64,000 nucleotides of DNA. It comes from an uncultured Planctomycetota bacterium. Its GTDB lineage: Bacteria; Planctomycetota; Planctomycetia; Gemmatales; Gemmataceae. Below the pieces are notes generated by a model. It was not told where the DNA came from. It worked only from the letters and a program-made list of their open reading frames with translations, and made no database searches. Position numbers and translations under genes: made by a program. Each line of letters begins with the position of its first letter. Within the stretch, counting starts at the first letter, position 1. The DNA is taken from the NCBI GenBank assembly GCA_963849325.1, contig CAWKHF010000012.1:384001-448000 (forward strand), read 5' to 3'. Below are positions 31,293 to 42,510 of the stretch, piece by piece.

Positions 31293-33537
31293 ATGTCCGC
31301 GCAGCTCGATCCAACGACGAAGCCCCGGCTCGGGGAGCGAGGGTTATTCGCCCTCACCGCAGTCGCCAGCGTCATCTTGTTGGCGTTCCTGGTCTGGCCG
31401 GCGCTGGCACGGCTCCTGCCGATCTACTTCGACCTGATCGTCTTCCACCTGCCGATTCGGGCGTTCTACAGCCGTTGCCTGGCATCCGGGCATTCGTTCG
31501 ACTGGATACCGCACCTGTACGGCGGCATGTTCCTCAGCGGCGAGGGTGAACATGGGCCGTACCACCCTCTCCACCTACTTCTGTATCGCTGTCTGCCGCT
31601 CGATGTCGCCTTTCCGCTGGAAGTCGTCCTGCACGCTCCGCTGTTGTTCGTGGGCCTGTTCGTCTTCCTGCGCCGCTACGTTCGCGGCACCGCCGCCCTT
31701 GTGGGCGCCCTCAGTTACACTTTTTGCAGCAGCAGCATTTTGCATACGATCTATCCGAATTATCAGGGCGTGATGGCCCATCTTCCCTGGCTGCTGTGGC
31801 TAATGGACGTGGCGAGCGCAACTTCGTCGGCGCCGCGGCGACGGCTGGCCCTGTCGGTCCTTGCCCTGCTGACCGGCTCGCAGTTCTTGCTCGGCGCCCC
31901 GCAAGCGGTGTCCTACTGTCTGTTCACCGAGGCATTGTTCGCCGGCTTCCTCGCCTGGCAGCGCCGCCCAAGGGGAAGTTTCTGGATCGCTTGGGGCGCC
32001 GCCAATTTGCTGGGGCTGCTGATCGGCGCCGTCCAGCTCCTGGCCACTCATGCCATGCTCGCCAACTCGACGCGCGGCGGCTTCGATCCGCTGAGCGGCT
32101 CATTGATGCCGCCGCAGCTGCTTCAGCTGATCGCGCCCGATCTGCTGTCCGGTCACTTGCCTCGTTACTTCTGTGCGGAACCTCTGTATTTCGGAGCGGT
32201 CCCGCTTATCCTCGGTCTGTGGTGGCTGGCTCGTCGATGCATGAGGCCAGCTTGTGCGGGAACGGAAGACGGCGAGCGATCCGCGGAGATCGCCGCGAAT
32301 CGACTCGGGCTGTTCGCCCTCGTCCTAGGTATACTCTCCGGCTGGCTGGCTCTGGGACAGTATGGCTACCTGTATTATCTGCAAACGCGGTTGCCGCTCG
32401 TCGGCCAGTTTCGTTTGCCGGCCCGTTATTTCACCCTGGTGGCGTTCGCGGCGGCGGTCCTGGCCTCGGTGGCGTTCGATCGCTTGCTCGCCGGCGTGAC
32501 AGCGGGACGAAAAGGTTCCTGGCGGCAGTTGGGTGCTCCGTGGGCTTGCGTCGCGGCCGCCCTGGGCCTGGCCATCGCCTTCCGGCTCGCCTATCCCGAC
32601 GAGAACGGTAGCAGCATTCATCGGAACTATTTCGCGGGAGTGCTCTTTCTCGGGTTGACGGCGTCCGCGCTGACCCTGGCCGCGCGGATGGAGAGCGGGG
32701 CTGGTCCTCCTGGTCGCGCTCGTCGTCGTGGACGTCAGCGTGTTCGGTCTGCGGGCGCCGTTCTGGGGCGTGAGCTTGTGGCACGGTCTGCCCACCCTGT
32801 CCGAGTTCCAGGCTCGCGCCGAATCGCCCCCTCTATCCCGCGAAGGCCGATGGCTGGACGACGCCTTCGAGATGCCGCACCCCGCGCTCTTCGATCAGCC
32901 GGTGTTGACGGGCTATCGCGGCGGTCTGGAGCCGCGGAAGCGGCTCGATTATCACACCATTGCCGCCCTCCGCGTGTCCCATACCGCCTGGCAGCACCTC
33001 TCGCGGTTTGGAGGTCCGACGGCCATCCCAGGACTGACGCCGCGGAACGAGTGGTGGTACGAGGTACACGATCCGCTGCCGCGAGTGCGTTTGCTGGACC
33101 GGACGCAAGTGAGCGACGACCCGGCGGCGGACATCCAGCGCATCGATGTGGAGACGACGGCGCTGGTGACGCATCCGGTGGAGTTAGAGGCAGGCCAGCC
33201 AGGCAGCGCCCGCCTGATCGGCGAGCAACCGGGAGAACTGTGCATCCACACGACGGCGGCGGGCCGGCGACTGCTGGCGATCGCCGAGAGCTACGATCCG
33301 GGATGGCGACTTTTCGTCGATGGCGCTCCGGCGAGCATGGAGTGCGTCAACGGCGACTTCCTCGGTTGCGTCGTCGAAGGCGGCGAACATGAGGTCCGCT
33401 TTCTCTTCCGTCCGGCGAGTATTCACTATGGCCGAATGTTCTCGCTTGGGGGACTGGCCATCGCCCTGCTGCTGATCGCTCGGTCCCTCCTCCAACTCCG
33501 GGCGGCCGAACCGTGGGCGGCAACCTATCCCGTTTAG
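31293..33537 (+). CDS. YfhO-like polytopic membrane protein (GT-C type; frameshift near 32695)
   Basis: W.P.LYGG, YHPL, FRLPARY, C-terminal YDPGW...VDG...G.HEVRF.FRP followed by a TM helix. Confidence 0.82.
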
Positions 33538-33595
33538 CCGCGACGCGCAGCGCAGCGCGCTCCGCTGCGCGTCGCGGTTAAACGGGATAGGTTGC
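33520..33595. repeat. REP-like palindrome, family A, with extended arms
   Basis: GCAACCTATCCCGTTT...AAACGGGATAGGTTGC between convergent genes. Confidence 0.9.
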
Positions 33596-35035
33596 TAATT
33601 CGCGTTCGGATCGCGGCGGACCCTCTTGGCCGTGCCGTTGGTGAGAGAGGCCAGGCGGACAGCCGGATCCTTCTTGGCTTCGGATCGAGCCACGGCCTTC
33701 TTCGGATCGAGAAGCCGGGACCGACCCTGCGGATTGGGCGGAGGCGCCGCGGCGCGTCGGTCCTGGAGCACGGCCATGGCGCCAAGAGCGATAACGACAA
33801 TCAGGGCGACGCCCAAGCCGACCAGGAGGGGCAGCATGGACGGCGAAAGGGGCAGAAAGCGCAGGCCGCCGCCGAGAACGGCCCCGACCAGGATCCACAA
33901 CGGCCAGAGTTGCCCCAGGATGTTCGACGTGACGGGCGGCGGGGTGGTCGGAGAAGGCGCGGGTGGGCGGGCCGGCTCCGGGGGCGGCACGGCACTGACG
34001 TTGACCTTTTTCACCCGACCGGACGGCGGCACCGGCGGAGTGGTACGCGGCGCGGCGCGGTCGGGCCGAATGATCTCTCCGGAGCGACCGAGGCGGCGCA
34101 CCCGATTGAGCGGCGGCGCGGCCGGCTTCACGGGTTCCGGCGCCGGCTCCGGCGTCCGTACAAAAACGGCTGGCTCCGCGGGGCCGTTCGTCGTCGCGGA
34201 AGAGTCAACCCCGACCGTGGCAGCCGTAGTCACGATGGCAGGACGAACCGCCGCCGCCGCCTCGCGTAGCAACTCCACGGTTTGCCCAGCCTTGGCCATC
34301 GGACGAGACTTCTCGCCCAGACCCAGCCTGTCGGCCAGCTGGCGATACTGCCGGGCCGCCGGCGAATCGGCATGGCGATGGCTGCCGATCTGGCCCGCGC
34401 AAGGCTTGTTCAATCGTCTCGTCGTGTGGGATCACCTCCGCCAGAATGCGCGAGCCCAGGCGGCCGCGCAGCTCGCGCTCCCAGCGGCAACCCGGTTGCT
34501 CTCCCTGCGGCAGCGTCAGCAGGATGCCGCGCATCTGGATGCTGTGACCGTTACGGCTGGACCGCTGCACCAGCTCCAGGAAGGCCGGCAGGGTGCGGTG
34601 GGCCATCGATTCGGCGCGCATGACCAGCAGGAACTCGTCGCAGCTGCCGATCAGCTGAGCGCCGTTGGGACCGAGGAACGGCGGCACGTCCACGATCAGA
34701 CAGCCATAGTACTGCCGCACGACCGGCAGGGACAGCGCCTGCAGCAGGCGGTCGAGGTCGTCGTCCGAGCAACTCCCTCCCTCGTAAGGAGAGAGGATGT
34801 CGAGTCCGGGCATCACGTTGGCGACGAGGACGCCGGGCAACTCGACGCTGGCCTGCCGCAGCGGTTGACGCTGCGGATGCTCGGCGAGGTTGAGGGCCGT
34901 GCTGACGTTGCTAAGCGGATCGGCGTCGAGCAGCAGGACGCGCGTGCCGCTGGAGGCCGTGGCCGCGGCCAGATTCATCGACGAGGTCGTCTTGCCCACA
35001 CCGCTTTTTTGGCTGGCCACCAGCAGTTTCCGCAC
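33595..35035 (-). CDS. ParA/Soj-family ATPase with Pro-rich linker and two C-terminal TM segments (frameshift near 34400)
   Basis: SQKSGVGKTT, LLLDADP, IVDVPP, VIP, SPAARQYRQLA; GTG start. Confidence 0.8.
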
Positions 35036-35222
35036 GGCCTTCTCCCGAATAAAAGACTCTGCTCGCTCTCAATCAAGAGAGTCGCAAGGTTCTTCCAAGA
35101 AAAACCTACTACATAAATAAGGTCCTCACTTTGTCCGGAGGACAATTTCCTCCGAAAGCATTCGCCGCACGCCCTGAAATTGAGGCCCGTGAAGGACGCA
35201 TTCAGGCGGGACAGGAAACCCG

Positions 35223-35434
35223 TGCCGGAGCCGCTGGCGACTTAGCGTCTGTCCGGTAAGCCCCCCTCTCCCCCGTACTCGGGGGAGAGGGGTAGGGGGT
35301 GAGGGGGCGGAAAAGCCGCGACAAACCCACCCCCTCACCCCAACCCCTCTCCCCCGAGTACGGGGGAGAGGGGCTTACCCGACAGACACATTAGCGTTGG
35401 TCGCTATCCCGCTAAGCCGCCAGCGGCTCTGGCA
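35223..35434. mobile_element. Nested REP/MITE-like elements
   Basis: An inner palindromic element (35247..35387) lies inside an outer GAGCCGCTGGCG..TTAGCG/CGCTAA..CGCCAGCGGCTC palindrome; TTAGCGT occurs on both sides. Confidence 0.7.
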
Positions 35435-35442
35435 ACAAGTTC

Positions 35443-36423
35443 CTAATCATTGCGGGCAATGCGGGCCATGGCACGGAAGACGGCCGGCTCGATCCACTCA
35501 TGGACGGGGCGGACGGAGCCGTCGGCCCACAGCACGTTGAGTCCGTCGCGGTGGAGTCCGCCGAACGGCCGTTCGTAGCCGACATAGCGATCGCAGTCGG
35601 AGTCGAGGCCGCGTACCGTGGGCGGGCCGCCAGCCAGCCACGGGCCGTTGTCGCGCGTCGTCTCCACGACCATCATCGTCGCGCTGATGCCGGCTGAGAT
35701 GTCGGAGCGCGTCGGCGTGCGATCGTAGCCGAAGAAGCCGGCCCGAGGGTCGCCCGCCGACAGGACGGCGGCGTCGAGTCCGACGCCGGCTATGCCGACA
35801 TAGGAGGTCAGGCCCCGCCGGTTACCGGCGAAACCGCGGATGAAGGTGGGGCACAACAAAGGCGCGACGTTCTTCTGCCGTGCGGACTCGTTGGCCGGCG
35901 CATCCCACGCCTCCTTCCAGGCGATCTCCTCGGCCCGCTTCTCCCACTGCTTGTTGGCCGGCGCGCCTTCCGGAAGGTACGCGATGACAGCGGCCTGCCA
36001 GCTCAGGCGTCGCTCCGGGGCGAGCGAGGCATGGGGCACCGTCGCGGCCGGGAAATGTTCGCCGTGCTGATCGTAATACTTGTTGACGGCCTCGCCGAGC
36101 TGGCGCAGGTTATTCGTGCAGATGGCGACGTGACTTTTCTCCTGGACGAAGAGGAGTACCAGGGCGAAACAGCCCAGCGCGAGGATGAGCGTGCCAAGGC
36201 CGCCGAGGGCCAGGGCGGCGATGGCCAGTCCACGTCCGCGCAGCCGGCCGTCGCCGCGGTTGATCTCGCGGATGGCCCGGACGCCCAGCCACAACGCCGG
36301 CAGGGCCAGCACGAAGGACAGGCCCAGCACGAAGGCGACGACGGCCGTGACGCTCAGCCGCGATTTCGTGACGTTCGGACACGGGAGTTCCTCGGCTCCT
36401 CCAATCGTGGAAATAGCGATCAT
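35443..36423 (-). CDS. DUF4190 + DUF1559 (prepilin-processing H-X9-DG) protein
   Basis: LRGRGLAIAAL; CTNNLRQLG; LSWQAAV; HRDGLNVLWADGSV. Confidence 0.88.
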   Translation of the reverse strand: MIAISTIGGAEELPCPNVTKSRLSVTAVVAFVLGLSFVLALPALWLGVRAIREINRGDGRLRGRGLAIAALALGGLGTLILALGCFALVLLFVQEKSHVAICTNNLRQLGEAVNKYYDQHGEHFPAATVPHASLAPERRLSWQAAVIAYLPEGAPANKQWEKRAEEIAWKEAWDAPANESARQKNVAPLLCPTFIRGFAGNRRGLTSYVGIAGVGLDAAVLSAGDPRAGFFGYDRTPTRSDISAGISATMMVVETTRDNGPWLAGGPPTVRGLDSDCDRYVGYERPFGGLHRDGLNVLWADGSVRPVHEWIEPAVFRAMARIARND

Positions 36424-37914
36424 TCGGCGGCGAGCCGCTGACGCGCCGCCGTCACTTCGCGCTCGCGCATGTCTCGGAAACACTGCTGCCAATCGCGCAC
36501 TTTCTCGGAGAGCGTGAAATGCTTGTAGTGGCCCCAGGTGCGGTCGGCGCGGTCGGCCTGCTCGTCGAACGTCTCGCGGTAAACGATCCGTCCCTGCTCG
36601 ACCAGCTTCACGAACAGCGGTTCGCCATCGATCTTCTCGGAAGCATCGGCGACGACGAGCGTATCGCCGCGGGCGTGGACGCGCAGGTAGCCGCCGAGCG
36701 ATTCCTTGCCGGGCGAGTTGGAGAACTTGACGTTGGGGTGCTCTCTCGGTGGCCGAGCGCTTGAAGGCGGCCGCCAGCGTGTCGCGGTGGACCAGCCGCC
36801 ACCAGTAACCGCCGGCGCCGGGGAAGAGCATGGTCGGCTCCTGCCCCGTCGCGCGGCGGAAGTGGTCGTAAACCTTGTGGACCATGTTCCGGGCGTCACC
36901 TCGTCCTCGAAGACGATCCGGCGCGGCGGAATGCCGGCCTTCCGCATGCGCTCGAAGTACAGGACGCACTGCTCGGCGATGTCGCCGGAGTCGACGCGAA
37001 TGCCGACCCGGTCGGTTTCCGGGTGGGCCTGGATGACGCGCAGGGCGTTCTCCAGGCCGACCGTCTCGGCGTCCACCAGGTCGCACAGCAGCGACGCCTC
37101 GCCCCATCGCCGTGACGAAGCGGTCCATCATCTCGTACTCGGCCTCGCCCAGCGGGCGGTCGAACGACTGGCCGGCGCACATCATCTCGTGGCCGATGGT
37201 GCCGACGGACCGGAACAGATCCGGATAGAGGAACTCCGCCGTGTCGTTGGAAGTGAGCCGCCCGCGGCCGCCGACGTAGCGGGCCAGCAGCAGGACGAGG
37301 TTGGTCAATTCGTTGGGCGCGGCGCGCAGGCCGAACTCGGCGTCGCGCGGCGTGGCCAGCTTCATCAGCCGGGCCTTGGTCGCCTGGATGACGGGGCGAA
37401 ATAGCGGCACATGGCCGGCTCCAGGTAGGAGATGGCCCCGCCCATGCCCTCGAAGGACAGGCACGGCATCCCCGCCAGGAACGTCTGTCCGCCGGGAAAG
37501 CCCCAGATGTCGACGGGCAGGTGGATGTCGTCGCCGGGCTGGCTGTCGAGGATGGTGCGCCAGAGTTCGTGCGGGAAGGCGTGCGTGGCGGAGTGCTCTC
37601 CGATACCAGCGGGCGGCCAGTTCGATGTCGGCGCGGCGCAGCGGGCGGTGGAACCACTGGGCGAGCATGGCCTCGTGGCCGGCCATGATGAGTTGATCGC
37701 CGGCGCCGGGTTCGGGCAGCCCCTTGCGCATGGTCAGAGCGTAGCCGGCGCGGGCGCAAGCGACGTCGGGCACGGCGGCCCACATGGTGCGCTTGTAGGT
37801 GTCGGTGCCGCCGAGCCAGCCGCCGAGCAGGAAGTGCCGCGCGAAGAACTCCTCGCGCATGGCCGCGCGCTTGGCTCGAAATGGATCGTCAACCCCAACG
37901 GAACGCATGGACAT
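36420..37914 (-). CDS. Nicotinate phosphoribosyltransferase-like protein (frameshifted)
   Basis: TDTYK, EFGLR, TSN, GTIGHE, GIRVDSGD, KFSNSPGKES. Confidence 0.75.
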
Positions 37915-38102
37915 CCTCGTGAGCCGCTCGCCAAGATACGTCTGGACCGATGCCGCTGCTTTCGAGATTGTATTGCGCTCCGGAAATGTGTTTGATCTCC
38001 GCGTATTCGGACGTGCCCTCGTGCATGGACCGATCCAGGTGAATACGAGTACAATGAGAGAAGCTGTCGCGCATCCCCATGAGGTAGAACAGGAGAACGA
38101 TT

Positions 38103-38376
38103 ATGGCATCGACCGGACGTTCGCTACAGTAAAGAAGAATTCGCCCGGCGTGGCGATGCTCTTTACGAGCAAATCCGCCTCCATCTCCAGGCGGACGATA
38201 AGGGCAAGTTCCTCGCCATCGACATTGAAACGGGCGCGTATGAGCTTTCCAGGAGCGAGATGAGGGCGGTAGACAAACTGCACGCGCGGATTCCCGACGC
38301 TCAGATTTGGATGGTTCGGGTCGGTTTTCCCTATGTCCATCGCTTTGGTGGTCGAGGACTGCGGGGAACGCCATGA
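38103..38376 (+). CDS. Small hypothetical protein coupled to aspartyl protease (one frameshift near 38120; not in ORF track)
   Basis: Reconstructed MASTGRRYSKEEFARRGDALYEQIR...KGKFLAIDIETGAYEL...PDAQIWMVRVG; ATGA overlap with the next gene. Confidence 0.7.
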
Positions 38377-38771
38377 TTACCGGCGTGGTCAAGGCCGGCG
38401 AAGCCCGTATTCGTCTGAAGGTCAAAGGATCTCGGGGGCGGGAGCAGGAAGTTGAAACCGTCATTGATACAGGGTATACGGCATCGCTGTCATTGCCTCC
38501 CGCCTTGGTAATCGCGTTGGGCCTACACTGGCAACGATTGGACCGTGGCATGTTGGCTGACGGCAGCGAATGCATTCTTGACGTGTATGAAGCCAAGGTG
38601 ATGTGGGATGGCAAAGCGCGCCGCGTTTTTGTAAATGAGGCCGATACGGACCCCCTGGTCGGCATGGCCCTGTTGAGAGGGTGCGAACTGAAAGTGCAAG
38701 TCCGATCCCGTGGAAAAGTAACGATCAAACGGCTTCCCTCCAGCCCGAGAAGGGGAAGTCGAAGAGGATGA
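38373..38771 (+). CDS. Clan AA (retropepsin-like) aspartyl protease
   Basis: VIDTGYT catalytic motif, LADG, PLVGMALL. Confidence 0.85.
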   Translation: MITGVVKAGEARIRLKVKGSRGREQEVETVIDTGYTASLSLPPALVIALGLHWQRLDRGMLADGSECILDVYEAKVMWDGKARRVFVNEADTDPLVGMALLRGCELKVQVRSRGKVTIKRLPSSPRRGSRRG

Positions 38772-38772
38772 A

Positions 38773-40414
38773 TCAACGGCGGCGCAACAGAAGCAGCGTC
38801 TGATCGTCCTGCAATTCGGCCTGGCCGCTGAAGCGCTGCACCGCCGCGCTGGCCTCGTCGGCGCACGCCTCCAGCGGCAGGGCCGTGCGCGGCCCGCCGA
38901 GCACCTCGCACAAGCGCTCCAGGCCGAACATGTTCTTGCGGTCCGGAGCGAACGCTTCCGTGAAGCCGTCGGTGTAGAGGATGAGCGTCTCGCCGGAATG
39001 GAGTGACAGCGACGTGTCACCGACATCGCAGATCCAGGGCCGAGCAGCCCAGCATCACGCCCGGCTGCAGCGGCCACCTCGACGACGCTGCCGTCGCGGC
39101 GGCGCAGCAGCGGCGGCGGATGGCCGCCGGAGGCCAGCAGCACCGAGCCGTCGCGGCGGTCGTAGATGCCGTGCAGCAGGGTGACGAACAGCGCCGTGGG
39201 GTTGTCGGCCACCAGCGCGGCGTTGAGGCGGCGCAGCAGTTCGGCCGGGCCGCCGGCCGAGGGCGCGAGGTGGCGGATCAGCGTCCGCACCGCGATCATG
39301 AACAGCGCGGCCGGCATGCCCTTGCCCGACACGTCGCCGAGGAAGAAGGCGAGCCGGCCATCCGGCAGGGGGAAGAAGTCGTACAGGTCGCCGGACACCT
39401 CGCGGGCCGGATGGACCCGCGCGAACAGCTCCGGATCGCCGTCGGCAAACACCGCGAAGTCGGCCGGCAAAAACGACTGCTGGATGTCCCGCGCCAACCG
39501 CAATTCCTGGCGCAGCCGTTCCTCGCGCAGCCGCTCGGACGTGCAGGCCGGCGTTCTCCAGGACCGTCGCCACCTGGATGGCGACGGCGGTCAGCACTTC
39601 GAGGTCGTCGGCATGGAAGGCATGGCCGGGCCGCAGGCAGTCGAGTTGGATCACCCCCAGCCGCCGGTCCTCCCAGCCCAGCAGCGGCACGCACAGAAAC
39701 GAACGCAGGTTCAGCGAAACCATCGTGGCCGACAGCACGAGGTTCGGATCGCCGCCCACGTCCTCGCTGAGCAGGCCGACGCCCTCCTCCAGGGCACGGC
39801 GGACGATGGTCCGGCTGTAGGGATAATCGTCCGCGCTGCTCGCCCTGGTGCCGGCTGTGCTGGGCGCGGACCTGCAAGCGGTCGCCCTCGCAGAGCAGGA
39901 CCATGCCGCGGTCGGCCTGGGGGAACAGGCGCAGCAGATGTTCGAGCAAGTCGGCCCAGCAGCGGCTCCATGTCCAGCGTGCGGCCGAGGTGCTGGGCGA
40001 TCTCCAGGACCACCTGCAGCTTGTACGCCGGGTTCTGGCTGAACAGCGTGTGGTTGGAGGGAGCGGCGCTGACCCGAGCGCGGATGATCTGGTCGGGCAG
40101 CGGCGGACTGCTCGGCGTCGCGGCGGGTCGGCGCTGCAGGTCGAGGACGTAGGGGCCGATCTGCAGGGCGTCGCGCTCGCTCAGCGGCGTCGGCCGCTGA
40201 TGCGCCGGCCGTTGACGAAGGTGCCGTTGCTGCTGCCGACGTCCTCGATGAAGTACTCGCCGCCCTGGCAGAGGATGCGGGCGTGCTGGCGGCTGACGGC
40301 CAGCGAATCGAGATAGACGGCGGCGTCTTCCTGCCGGCCGATGAGCAGACTGTCGCCGTGCAGCGCGAAGCGCTGGCCGGGATTGGGGCCTTTGATGGTC
40401 ACCAGAGAGGCCAT
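38773..40414 (-). CDS. FHA-GAF-SpoIIE (PP2C-like) phosphatase (frameshifted)
   Basis: IGR..SRQHA..SSNGTFVN; RSFLCVPL..LGVIQLD; VSGDLYD, GDVSGKG, GHPPPL, YTDG, DDQT. Confidence 0.88.
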
Positions 40415-40459
40415 GCCTCTCTTTTACCCGAGAACCGCGGCGCGATGCCAGCGCTGTCC

Positions 40460-40541
40460 GAGCCGCGACCATCCGAGCCGCGACCGTCAGGGAGCGGTTG
40501 TTCCCGCTCCCTGACGGTCGCGGCTCGGATGGTCGCGGCTC
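40460..40541. repeat. REP-like palindrome with duplicated outer arms
   Basis: GAGCCGCGACCATCCGAGCCGCGACCGTCAGGGAGCGG and its reverse complement. Confidence 0.85.
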
Positions 40542-42509
40542 AGTGGGCGGCGGCCGACGGGTCATCGTCCACGACCAGCGTCGGCGGCTGACCGAGGGCC
40601 ACGAACAACTCAAACTGGGTGCGGTCGAAGCCGATGACCGCGTCCAGCAACTCCTGCCGCGCCGAGGTCAGACGCTTGGCCTGATTGAGCACCTCGATGG
40701 GGAAGCCGATGCCGCCGCGGATGCGATTGAGATCGCGCTGGAAGCCTTCGGTCGCCTCCTGAACCCGCCGCCGTTCGACGTCGATCGAACGGTACTGCTG
40801 CGCCGACAGGTTGTAGGCTTCGGAGACTTCACGCTCGACCTGGTTGAGAACGCGAACGCGATTGCCCTCCGCCTGACCCAACTCGGCCCGGCGCTCCTTG
40901 GCATGGGCGAGGTTGCCGAAGCCGAAGTTCTGCAAGGTCCAGATGGCCATGACGTCCACGTCGGTACGTCCGGTGATGCGGCCGAACTTGGGGACCGTTT
41001 GTCCCCCCGTGGCCGCGGACGCGGCCCCTCCGGGGCTGGGCGAGCCGTTCGGGTTGGGGACGTTTCCGTTCGTCGAGGCCACCGAGCCGCCGCCGAAGTC
41101 GTCGGCGCTGAAACCGACATAGAGCAGCGGGAAGAGTGGCCGCGTCTTCTCCTGTCGCCATCGCTTCTGGCTGGCCCGAATTTCCGCGGCGGCCGCCATC
41201 ATCTCCGGACGATTGCGGAGCGGCGACTTCCAGCAGTTTCGGCAGCGGTTCATGCGGATCGACAAACTGCACGACCTGGATGGGCACGTCGCCGGTCTGC
41301 AAGCGCGTCGAGGGGTCGAGGTTGAGATAGTGGGCCAATTCCGCGGAGGCGACGGCCACGTCCTCCTGCGCCTTCTGTTCCTGGAATTGCAGATTCAGAA
41401 GGTCGGCTTCGGCTCGGTCGGCATCGCCCTTACGCCCCTGGCCGCTCTTGGCGAAGTTGCTGGTCAGGCGCACGACCTCCTCGAAGTCGGCTTGCGACTG
41501 CCGGAGGACGGCCAGGCGGCCTTCGGCCCGCAGAAGGTCGAGGTAGGCCGTGGCCACGTCGAGTAAGACCTGGTTGCGCGTCGCCGCCGACGTGAAGCGG
41601 CGATTGGCGACCACTTCGCGGGCGACACGGGGCATGAACCAGGCATCGCCCAGGTGCGTGGAGATGAGCAGACCCGGAATTTTGACGGTCTCCGCCGCGA
41701 CGGTATAGGCACCCAGGCCGTAGATGACACTATCGCGATCGACCTTGCGGATGCCGCCGAAGGACGCCTGCAACGGCCCGTTGTGCAGGTCATAGCTGGT
41801 GCCGACGTTCACGTTGGGCAGCAACAAAACACGGGCTTGCAATTGCTCAGCCAGGCTGGCCCGCACGGCCTGTTCGGCCAGGCCGATGATCGGGTTCTCG
41901 ACCCCGGCCAGGGCCAGCGTACTCCCCAGGGTGACGGAGCGGGTGTTCTCGGGCGCCGGCAAAACCGGCGTGCCGAACCCCGCCATCGGACTGGGGAGCA
42001 GGCGGTCCACCTGATATCCTCGATCTTTCTCCGAGGACCAGTTCTTCTCGCGCCTCCCTGTCCTGCTCCCTCGTCCTTGGCACCACGGACGCCGGTGTGC
42101 TGTCGCCGACGGGCATCTGCGCGGGCACCCCCGCCAGCCGAGATACGTCCCGGTCCTCCGCACTGGCGCCATCCGGGTCGCCCCGGAAAGACGCCGGAAT
42201 CACGCCCCGGTCGGTCGAAGAGAGGGCCGGCCTCGGGCCTCCAGCCTGGACGACGGCAGCACCGGAAGGCGACGGATCCTCGGCAGCCCCCTTCGAGGGA
42301 CTCGCCGCTCGAACCGAGGTCGCCACGCCGGGACGAGATCGTCCTTCCTGGAGGACCGCCGTCACGGGATCGCTGACCGGCCTCTGTCCGCGATGGTCCT
42401 CGGTCAGCTGACAGCCCAAGGAACCTCCCAGCAGACCCAGCAGGGCGGCCCCCGCCGCCTTGCAGACACGGCGGCGACGCCCTCCCATTCCCCCTACCGT
42501 TCCTCTCAT
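40540..42509 (-). CDS. TolC-family outer membrane factor (frameshifted)
   Basis: LALAGVENP, VATAYLDLL, GQG..DADRA, PIEVL, QFELFVALGQPP; putative lipobox SLGC. Confidence 0.8.
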
Positions 42510-42510
42510 G

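Noticed and set aside
35443-37914. 823-aa NAPRTase-DUF1559 fusion
   Set aside because: Frameshift artefact; NAPRTase ends at 36420 and the DUF1559 gene starts at 36423 with an ATGA overlap.
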